From: a virus
Lineage: Duplodnaviria; Caudoviricetes
Virus record (IMG/VR): IMGVR_UViG_3300047476_000928
Coordinates: 1,915-65,914 of that record
DNA length: 64,000 bases
Reading direction: 5' to 3' (one strand)
How positions within the stretch are numbered: position 1 is the first letter of the stretch; each line of letters opens with the position of its first letter. Made by a program: the position numbers and the translations under genes. This document shows, in pieces, positions 56,912 to 64,000 of this stretch. The notes under the pieces were generated by a model, which was not told the DNA's origin, did not search any database, and saw only the letters and a program-made list of their open reading frames with translations.

Positions 56912-58885
56912 ATGGCACAAATACCTGATAATATAGTTTCAATAATGATGGTTGACAATGCTGGTGCAGTAGTTTCTGTGCCGCTAGACCAATTTATTGC
57001 ACAGGCATCATCTAAATCTACTCAATTAGAAACAAAGCCTTCTAAGGCAGAATCTAATGCTCAACCAAGCGTAACAAATGTCAATACAGAAACAACCGTA
57101 CTTCTGTCTATTGATGCCGACGAGAACTATATACCAAAAGTTAACTCAAATAAGGATAACTTAGAAAATTCTGTATTATTTCAGTCAGGCAGAAAGATTG
57201 GCTTGAATAACACTAATCCTCGTTTTGATTTCGACGTATTAGAGGGCTCAATAAACATTGACAGTATTACAGGTTTAAATGGCTATAAATTAAACGGGTA
57301 TAATTTAGCCTACGCTAATTCATCTTTAAATACTATTTACCTAGGCGACACAACATATAAGTCTATAGATATAAATACATTATACCTATCAGGAGCAATA
57401 CAATCACCAGTATTAACATATAATAAGCTACTTCAGGTTCAACCAGACGGGAAAGTTGTCACATATACAGTACCATCTGTAAATTCAGTCATTTTTAGCG
57501 ACGGAGACAAGCTGGTTGGGGATGCGACAAAGCTGTCTTGGAATGCATCTACAAGTATCTTAAATGTAACTGGATACGCAAAAGCGAGCACAGGTGTATA
57601 TACTTCGGCAATTGGAGAATATACAGCAGGCAATGGTGTTAACGCATTAAACACTTGGACATTTGCGTCTAATGTAAATATACCAGCAACACCTACTAGC
57701 CCAACCCATGCAGCATCAAAAGAGTATGTTGATAATACTGCATTAACAGGATTGAAGCTCGGAGCTTCTGTATTAACCGTATCGGTGTCAGATATTAGTC
57801 TCAGCGGACTTTCTGCTGTTAATGGATACACTCCTATATCTGGGGACAGAATACTCGTTATAGGGCAAACAAATGCGACGCAAAATGGTGTTTATATAGC
57901 AAGCTCTTCAGGATGGTCAAGAGCAACAGATTCTGATTCAGATGCAGAATTACGCGGATATCAATATTTGGTTACTGCTGGAACAAATGCAAACTTTAGA
58001 TACGGTAATACAAACCAGTCTACAATATCAGTAGGTTCTACAAATATTACCTACCAAGCAATTTCTGCTGGCGAAACAGACCCAATATTTACAGCTTCTC
58101 CGTCATTTGGAATTACAAATACTAATATAACGAATTGGACAACTGCTTATAATAGGTCCCCTGTATCATTAGGTTTCTCAGGGACATCTACTAAAACGCT
58201 TACATTAACAAAGCAAGATGGCTCAACACTTACAGCTTCATTTGGATTAACAACATCCGATATAACAGAAGGTTCAAATCTATACTATACAGATGCGAGA
58301 GCTAGAGGTTCAATTAGCTTGACAACTTCAGGGACATCTGGAGCTGCAACATATAATAGCTCAACAGGCGTACTCAATATTCCGCAATATCAAGGCGGAG
58401 TTACCTCTATTACAGCTGGCGCAGGAATATCTGTTAATGCTTCAACAGGAGCAGTAACAATTACTAATACTATTACAAATACAAATCAGCTAACAAATGG
58501 GGCTGGATTTTTAACTGCAGAATCAGATACATTGCAATCTGTAACAAGTAGAGGCGCATCAACTTCTGTAGCGATAACTTCTACAAGCACGATTTCAGCA
58601 GTAGGTGGATTTTTTGAGTCATCTGATATTAGATTTAAAAATGTTTTAGGTACCAATCCAGAAATTGATGTATCTAAAATTGATACTATCAAATATATGC
58701 GCACCACATACGAAAAGGATAAAATCAGATATGGTTATTCTGCGCAAGATGTATATGAAATTTTACCTGAATGCGTAAATAATGACGGAATATCTTTATC
58801 AATTAATTACACAGATATTCATACGTTAAAAATTTTACAACTAGAAAAACGCGTATTAGAGCTAGAGGCTAAATTAGGTATATGA
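56912..58885 (+). CDS. Second fibre/structural protein with intramolecular chaperone
   Basis: AASKEYVD, GDRILV..Q....NGVY, ETDP repeat, SD.RFK..GYSAQD..Y. Confidence 0.75.
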   Translation: MAQIPDNIVSIMMVDNAGAVVSVPLDQFIAQASSKSTQLETKPSKAESNAQPSVTNVNTETTVLLSIDADENYIPKVNSNKDNLENSVLFQSGRKIGLNNTNPRFDFDVLEGSINIDSITGLNGYKLNGYNLAYANSSLNTIYLGDTTYKSIDINTLYLSGAIQSPVLTYNKLLQVQPDGKVVTYTVPSVNSVIFSDGDKLVGDATKLSWNASTSILNVTGYAKASTGVYTSAIGEYTAGNGVNALNTWTFASNVNIPATPTSPTHAASKEYVDNTALTGLKLGASVLTVSVSDISLSGLSAVNGYTPISGDRILVIGQTNATQNGVYIASSSGWSRATDSDSDAELRGYQYLVTAGTNANFRYGNTNQSTISVGSTNITYQAISAGETDPIFTASPSFGITNTNITNWTTAYNRSPVSLGFSGTSTKTLTLTKQDGSTLTASFGLTTSDITEGSNLYYTDARARGSISLTTSGTSGAATYNSSTGVLNIPQYQGGVTSITAGAGISVNASTGAVTITNTITNTNQLTNGAGFLTAESDTLQSVTSRGASTSVAITSTSTISAVGGFFESSDIRFKNVLGTNPEIDVSKIDTIKYMRTTYEKDKIRYGYSAQDVYEILPECVNNDGISLSINYTDIHTLKILQLEKRVLELEAKLGI

Positions 58886-61059
58886 GTGCTTGGTCAACAA
58901 TGAATGTAGATAAGATTGTTACTTACGCAGATTTAGCGGCAGCTATTTCTTCGGGCGACTTATATCAAAAAGCTCCATTTACTTCTACGGCAAAAGGTAT
59001 TAAAAAATCTGACATAGATGCGTATGTTTTTATAAATACATCAAATACGTTTTATGTATCTCATACGGCAAATCAATTGCTACCAAGAAAGGCAATTACA
59101 GGCGTATTCCCTACATACAACTTAAACTTAACAAGCTCCGCCTCCCCAACTACAGTTACCGCAGGCAACAATGTTACATATACTGTAAATGTAAGAAATG
59201 ATGATTCATACGCTACGTCTACTCCAGTTCAAATTGTATTTACATTTGCGGCTAATACATCATTCTCAAGTATATCTGTAACAGCAGGAGTAACATATAC
59301 ATATTCTGCTGGAACACTAACAATTACTAGTGCAATAGCAGCGGGAGCAACAGTTGTTATTACTGTTGTATGCTCAACCACTAGACCAACATCAGATGGC
59401 AGTGGAACACAAGCTATTCCATTAAAAGCGGAATACACGGCAACCAATTTCACAATTACTGAACCATACTTGCAATGGGCAATATTTGAGGTAGAGAAGA
59501 TTGCAAGAGAAAACGATGGTACAACGCAGATTACATCTGGCAACGTAGCTTATAATCAGACATTTATATACTTTTTAAGAGTAAGAAGTTTAACAGCTTC
59601 CCCTTTATATCCATCAGATGTAACACTTACAGATACGCTTCCATCTAATCTTACATTTGTTGGATTTTACAATACGTCAGGTTGGACAACAAGCTATAAC
59701 TCTACAACAAGGGTTGCGACACTATATAAGGCAGGACCTTTACATGGGTCTATTTTTAATACTTTTATTTCGCTTGGCATAAGAGTTACAGCATCCGTAC
59801 AAAGTGTTACTCTTAATAACTCATTTACGGCATCCGCTACAAACGCAAATAATAAGACAAGTGCAAACCTTGCTTTAAATGTAGGCTTTAATACATCGCC
59901 AATACTAACAGACCAAGGATATTCAACTTGTTCTTCTTGTGTAACATATACTGTTTTTAGAGATACTAATGTTAACTCATCTACATATAATCAATATTAT
60001 GTAAATGGCTCTAGCGTAGGAACCACTGCTGCAAGCAATGGTGCTTGCGACTACTCATCTCAGTACGAAAATACATATCAAATATTATGTGTTGGATGTA
60101 ATTCATACTTTGTTTATGCGCACAATTACTCAGCAAAACCTTGCTATGGCGGAGCGCCATACCAAGTAAATGGTGTTGACTATTACTATAATCCAGCAAC
60201 AGGAGCCTGCAATACAAGTGCTGATTATTCTATCAATGTTGGCATTATGTGTACTTCTGGCTGTGTAGAATATACTGTTTATAAAAATCAAAATGCGTGC
60301 TTCAATGGATATCAATATTATTCAAATGGGGTTGCATACGAAAATAATCCGACAACAGGAGCTTGTTCTTCTTCGGCATATTATGCACAATATATAGGGC
60401 AAACTTGCATAGATTGCCAAAATTATAGTGTATATAAAAATGTTAGCAATTGCTTTTTTGGCGACCAATGGATGGTAAATGGTATAACTTATTCAACTCA
60501 GCCAACTTTGGGAGAATGCAATACCACGCCAAACATACAAAGCCAAGGATATAGCACTTGCGAATCTTGCCAAACATATACAGTTTACAGAGACATATCA
60601 ACAGCTTGCTCTCCTACCAAGAATCATTATTTCGTAAATGGAGTCGACAAAGGCTTAGAAGCACCTGCATCTGGAGCTTGTTACTACGGTCAAAATCTTG
60701 TATTTCAAGGATATAATACCTGTATAAGCTGTGTTCCGTATGGTGTATATAAGGATACAAGCTTGTGCTCGTCTACTTATAATCATTACTTTGCCAACGG
60801 AACAGACTTAGGAGAAGGCGCTCCTTCTGGTGCAGATTGTGCATGCTGCGAGGAAATATCTATCTCAAACAATAGTGGAAGTGAGGCATATATTGAATGG
60901 CTACCTTGTTCAGCAGGAAGCAATACAAGCTACTGGTTACAAGACGGGGAGACTATATATTTCTGTAGAAATACAAATGCTTCGTTCAATACAGGTGGAC
61001 TTGGTTACTCTGCTGGAGGCGCTTGCTCATACAATGGATACACTATATATACAACATAA
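58882..61059 (+). CDS. Ig-like (DUF11-like) plus Cys-rich repeat virion protein
   Basis: G..VTYTV.V.N and V.LTDTLP..LTFV DUF11-like motifs; about seven C..C..Y....NG....G.C repeats. Confidence 0.6.
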   Translation: MSAWSTMNVDKIVTYADLAAAISSGDLYQKAPFTSTAKGIKKSDIDAYVFINTSNTFYVSHTANQLLPRKAITGVFPTYNLNLTSSASPTTVTAGNNVTYTVNVRNDDSYATSTPVQIVFTFAANTSFSSISVTAGVTYTYSAGTLTITSAIAAGATVVITVVCSTTRPTSDGSGTQAIPLKAEYTATNFTITEPYLQWAIFEVEKIARENDGTTQITSGNVAYNQTFIYFLRVRSLTASPLYPSDVTLTDTLPSNLTFVGFYNTSGWTTSYNSTTRVATLYKAGPLHGSIFNTFISLGIRVTASVQSVTLNNSFTASATNANNKTSANLALNVGFNTSPILTDQGYSTCSSCVTYTVFRDTNVNSSTYNQYYVNGSSVGTTAASNGACDYSSQYENTYQILCVGCNSYFVYAHNYSAKPCYGGAPYQVNGVDYYYNPATGACNTSADYSINVGIMCTSGCVEYTVYKNQNACFNGYQYYSNGVAYENNPTTGACSSSAYYAQYIGQTCIDCQNYSVYKNVSNCFFGDQWMVNGITYSTQPTLGECNTTPNIQSQGYSTCESCQTYTVYRDISTACSPTKNHYFVNGVDKGLEAPASGACYYGQNLVFQGYNTCISCVPYGVYKDTSLCSSTYNHYFANGTDLGEGAPSGADCACCEEISISNNSGSEAYIEWLPCSAGSNTSYWLQDGETIYFCRNTNASFNTGGLGYSAGGACSYNGYTIYTT

Positions 61060-61080
61060 TGATTTGTAACAAATTTTGCC

Positions 61081-61088
61081 TAAATTTG
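61081..61088 (+). promoter_or_regulatory. -7 box TAAATTTG
   Basis: Consensus match with upstream TTTG at 61063. Confidence 0.5.
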
Positions 61089-61108
61089 TTACAACCAAAC
61101 AATACACG

Positions 61109-61372
61109 ATGAGCAAATTCTTGACTATCATTCAAGCTTGGGGAACTGCTATGTTCCATACAAAAGAGCAAAAGCAGCTCGCTGAAAACAGAAGCAAAAT
61201 ATGCAACACATGCCCTTCATTACAGGAGGTGGACGTAAAATCGCTAACAGGCTCACTAGTTAATAACTATTTTCAATGCGGAGCTTGTGGATGCCCTATT
61301 GCGGCAAAAGTATATACATCGCCTGATGTACCTAAAGAACAAAAATGCCCTCAAGGCAAATGGGAATTGTAA
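61109..61372 (+). CDS. Cys-rich small protein (DUF6171-like)
   Basis: R..IC..CP...C..CGC....K.....CP.GKW. Confidence 0.7.
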   Translation: MSKFLTIIQAWGTAMFHTKEQKQLAENRSKICNTCPSLQEVDVKSLTGSLVNNYFQCGACGCPIAAKVYTSPDVPKEQKCPQGKWEL

Positions 61373-61391
61373 CAAATAAGACAAATATATA

Positions 61392-61589
61392 ATGAAAAAA
61401 TTCGTAAAAATTACAACAAGAGAAGGCGAAGCTATTCTTAGGAGCTGGATTGATGTAGAAAAAATTGCTCAAATTTCGCAAAATTCAATTACTCAAGCAG
61501 GGCAGAACGAAGGAACTATAATATTTGCAGATGGCGTAACTATGCAAATTATTGCTTTTGATGAAACTATTGACTCTTTAAATAAATAA
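61392..61589 (+). CDS. Hypothetical protein
   Basis: Operon packing. Confidence 0.55.
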   Translation: MKKFVKITTREGEAILRSWIDVEKIAQISQNSITQAGQNEGTIIFADGVTMQIIAFDETIDSLNK

Positions 61590-61601
61590 ACCAAACACAC
61601 A

Positions 61602-62030
61602 ATGACACAAATTACATTAAAATTACACGAGATTCTTACTCTTGAAGCCGAGTTAAACGGATTCGTAAATCCACAGACAGGCGAAAGAGTATTAGAAGGC
61701 TTTTTGAAGGAGAAGCTTAACTTAGGCACCAAGTATCGTTTAACAAAATTATCGGAAGAGCTTAAAAAAGAAAAGGCTATTCTTGATGGATTGCGCGAAG
61801 GTTTGATTAAAGAGCTTGGGGAAGAAAAGGATGGTCAGGTTTCAATTCCTACTTTTGAGGATAAGAAGCAAACCAAGATTAACCCTAAGTTCATTGAGTT
61901 TCAATCTAAATACACAGAATTATTAGATACGGATAAAGATATTGAATATACTCCACTAAGTATCTCTGATTTAGATAAGGTTGAAAGTAACGAGAATTAC
62001 ACAGTTTTATTTAAACTAGTTCAAGAGTAA
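61602..62030 (+). CDS. Conserved hypothetical protein (DUF1617-like)
   Basis: K.L....KY.L.KL...L helical pattern typical near lysis genes. Confidence 0.5.
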   Translation: MTQITLKLHEILTLEAELNGFVNPQTGERVLEGFLKEKLNLGTKYRLTKLSEELKKEKAILDGLREGLIKELGEEKDGQVSIPTFEDKKQTKINPKFIEFQSKYTELLDTDKDIEYTPLSISDLDKVESNENYTVLFKLVQE

Positions 62031-62164
62031 TGACAGATAGCGAATTGATTTTGCTAGGAGTAGTTATAGGGGCGATAGAGTTAAGCTTTGTCGCCTTTTT
62101 AACGTATCTTATTTGGCAAAAACGAAAAGACCTTGATATTACCTATAAAAAGATTTTGCGTTAA
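62030..62164 (+). CDS. Single-TM peptide (44 aa)
   Basis: Translated by hand, MTDSELILLGVVIGAIELSFVAFLTYLIWQKRK...; TAATG coupling. Confidence 0.55.
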   Translation: MTDSELILLGVVIGAIELSFVAFLTYLIWQKRKDLDITYKKILR

Positions 62165-62177
62165 ATTCAATATGTTT

Positions 62178-62185
62178 TACCTTTG
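62178..62185 (+). promoter_or_regulatory. -7 box TACCTTTG for the lysis cassette
   Basis: Consensus match with upstream TTTG near 62155. Confidence 0.6.
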
Positions 62186-62204
62186 TTAGGTAATACATTG
62201 ATAA

Positions 62205-62408
62205 ATGAATGAGCATCATCCTTCCGTAGGAATATTGAATATTATCTTGGCGTTTGCTGGAGCAGCAGCATCTGTTGCATTAGCTAACATTCAGATTACG
62301 GTAAGCATAGTCGCAGGGATTATGGGTATTATATCAGCTGCATTTGCAATAAGATATTATTGGTATAAGACAGAAGAGGTCATTAAAACAAAAAAAGATG
62401 CTGACTGA
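62205..62408 (+). CDS. Putative holin
   Basis: Two TM helices and basic tail, upstream of the endolysin. Confidence 0.55.
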   Translation: MNEHHPSVGILNIILAFAGAAASVALANIQITVSIVAGIMGIISAAFAIRYYWYKTEEVIKTKKDAD

Positions 62409-62646
62409 ATTTTTTAAGGACGGCAAAGGCAATTATTCTCATACACGACTCATTTCAATAATTGGGTCGTTTTGTGTTTTTGGGGTGTTTATATATATGC
62501 CTGAAAACGAAGGAGTTCAGAATTTAATGACTATTTTATTATCTGGCTCGCTTATTAACGCTACAGCATCTAAATTTGCAGACCGAAATAAACAACAAGA
62601 TTATGGTAACGAGTCAACAAGCGCTAAAAAAATACGGCGCACCTAG
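62398..62646 (+). CDS. Putative holin/antiholin
   Basis: D..G.YS.TRL motif and two TM helices. Confidence 0.55.
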   Translation: MLTEFFKDGKGNYSHTRLISIIGSFCVFGVFIYMPENEGVQNLMTILLSGSLINATASKFADRNKQQDYGNESTSAKKIRRT

Positions 62647-63022
62647 TGCAAGTAATCCAAATATGGTAGTATGGGATGTTCCAGCAGAACTGGAAATCGG
62701 CATAATACCTAAAAAGATTTACTGTAACAAAGATATGGTTGAGCCACTAAAGATGGCTTTTAAGAAACTTATTGACACTAAGGCAGTTAATGAGTTAAAG
62801 ACATGGGACGGATGCTTTAACATCAGAAAGAAAAGGGGGTTAACTTCAATGAGCCTCCATTCTTGGGGTTTAGCTATTGATGTAAATGCATTTGAAAATG
62901 GACTAGGTCAAAAGCCTAAATTGTCTTCATTATTTGTATCGTGCTTCACTACATCAGGATTTGATTGGGGTGGCACTTGGACCCGTTTAGACGGAATGCA
63001 TTTTCAGCTATCAAAGATATGA
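62603..63022 (+). CDS. Endolysin, M15-family peptidase
   Basis: R..R...SLHSWGLAID.N...WGG.W...DGMHFQ. Confidence 0.88.
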   Translation: MVTSQQALKKYGAPSASNPNMVVWDVPAELEIGIIPKKIYCNKDMVEPLKMAFKKLIDTKAVNELKTWDGCFNIRKKRGLTSMSLHSWGLAIDVNAFENGLGQKPKLSSLFVSCFTTSGFDWGGTWTRLDGMHFQLSKI

Positions 63023-63471
63023 GACATTTACTATTCATTATTATACCAATATTTACACTGCTTTCTTGCAAGAGACCGCAGAGCACGTACTCTTCTAAAG
63101 AAACTGTACGTACAGATACATTCTTTAGATACAGAGAGGTAATTAAAACTTTACCTCAAAAAGACTCGGTCGTTATTTTTAACCCTTGCGATAGCTTAGG
63201 TATCATTAACCGATTCTACGCACAAATATCAATTCCAGATGGCAAAGTTGAAATACAAGGCAAAGACAATAAGATTATGGCAACTGTTAGGAGTAATGGA
63301 GCTGTATCGGTTATGGATTCCGTACAAGTCCGTTCAGTTAAGAAAGACTCTTCTGTTGTGGAAAAAGTCGTTGTGAAGACCATTATACCTACTTGGATAA
63401 TTGTCACGCTATTCATTGAAACTATGATTATTTTGCTATACCTTTATTACAGGTTAACATTCTATAAATAA
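63019..63471 (+). CDS. Probable unimolecular spanin
   Basis: Lipobox LLSC plus C-terminal TM helix, directly after the endolysin. Confidence 0.7.
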   Translation: MRHLLFIIIPIFTLLSCKRPQSTYSSKETVRTDTFFRYREVIKTLPQKDSVVIFNPCDSLGIINRFYAQISIPDGKVEIQGKDNKIMATVRSNGAVSVMDSVQVRSVKKDSSVVEKVVVKTIIPTWIIVTLFIETMIILLYLYYRLTFYK

Positions 63472-63608
63472 TGGCAAAAGCGATTCAATCATCAACATTT
63501 AAGCCTAAAGCTAAAAAGAGTAATAAAGGTGTTCACGCTAAGACAAAGATTAGCAAAGCTAAGGGCTCAAAGAACTATAAAAAGCCTTACGTTGGGCAAG
63601 GGAAATAA
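63471..63608 (+). CDS. Small basic protein (45 aa)
   Basis: ...GVHAK.K.SK.K.SKNYKKPY.GQGK, typical of Bacteroidota phages. Confidence 0.7.
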   Translation: MAKAIQSSTFKPKAKKSNKGVHAKTKISKAKGSKNYKKPYVGQGK

Positions 63609-63802
63609 TGGCACAATTCTATATCAATCCTGAGCATTACTCAGAAGAAGAGATACTTGAGATTAAGAATTTTTGCTTATCAGAGGCAAAAATAGATGTA
63701 CTATTAAATACACTAGAGTCAATACAGGTACTAAACGAATCAAAATTTGACCTAGAAGACAAGATTGTAAATAAGCTAAATACGCTTATACATAACATAT
63801 AG
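63608..63802 (+). CDS. Hypothetical protein
   Basis: TAATG-coupled ORF. Confidence 0.5.
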   Translation: MAQFYINPEHYSEEEILEIKNFCLSEAKIDVLLNTLESIQVLNESKFDLEDKIVNKLNTLIHNI

Positions 63803-63832
63803 TTTTTTCATTTTGTTTAGGGTTAAGCAATC

Positions 63833-63861
63833 AATGCCTCAGTTTATTAGACTGGGGCATT
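63833..63861 (+). terminator. Stem-loop, possible terminator
   Basis: AATGCCTCAGT-loop-ACTGGGGCATT, weak U tract. Confidence 0.4.
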
Positions 63862-63885
63862 ATCGTATATGCGAAAAAAAATTCA

Positions 63886-63893
63886 TATCTTTG
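63886..63893 (+). promoter_or_regulatory. -7 box TATCTTTG
   Basis: Consensus match upstream of ATG 63916. Confidence 0.55.
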
Positions 63894-63915
63894 GTTCAAA
63901 TTAAATGTTTCCTAC

Positions 63916-64000
63916 ATGGCAACGATTCTAATGAAAGATGCACACGACTTTATTCGTATGCAGATAAAGAAAAATAAGATGGGCTTTGTTAGTCCAGAGG
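63916..64000 (+). CDS. Neck/ring protein, 5' part (partial)
   Basis: MATIL...K.K.GF.SPE resembles the N-terminus of crAss-like ring/gatekeeper proteins. Confidence 0.5.
   Translation, partial: MATILMKDAHDFIRMQIKKNKMGFVSPE

Larger units (their letters stand above)
1..64000. mobile_element. Bacteriophage genome (near-complete), crAss-like/phi14:2-type podovirus probably infecting Bacteroidota
   Basis: Terminase-portal-scaffold-capsid order, giant ejected proteins, fibres, lysis cassette; no host housekeeping genes; TAnnTTTG promoter boxes. Confidence 0.9.

Noticed and set aside
1-64000. Stop-codon reassignment as in some crAss-like phages
   Set aside because: Long structural ORFs are intact under the standard code, TAG and TGA end genes at sensible places, and no suppressor tRNA was seen

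Overview
This window is most of a tailed bacteriophage genome, apparently circularly permuted, because both window edges fall in neck/tail-ring genes. The virion genes are crAss-like/Cellulophaga phi14:2-style podovirus genes. The host is inferred to be Bacteroidota from recurring TAnnTTTG -7 promoter boxes, the absence of Shine-Dalgarno sites and A/C-rich leaders. Layout: tail and ejected cargo proteins including a 2923-aa polyvalent protein (1-20.2 kb, +); a replication/recombination and early small-gene arm with a lambda-O-like initiator and DnaB helicase (20.2-34.6 kb, -); a compositionally distinct ~5 kb island encoding an amidoligase, a class II glutamine amidotransferase and two small membrane proteins, flanked by repeat-rich non-coding DNA (34.7-39.7 kb, +); then GroES-like, terminase, portal, scaffold, capsid, fibres, Gly-rich adhesins and lysis genes (39.8-64 kb, +). 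Most notable: a second, inverted copy of the initiator iteron + AT-rich origin block in front of the packaging genes; an F-x-W-x-x-[ST]-x-E-G-x-x-[FY]-W module shared by the amidoligase and an early protein; an AACCCC motif at SD-like spacing before island genes; a shared N-terminal motif on two unrelated cargo enzymes; a candidate -1 slip in the giant protein; and three paralogous adhesin anchors, one of them headless. All calls come from reading motifs by eye; no searches or counts were run.
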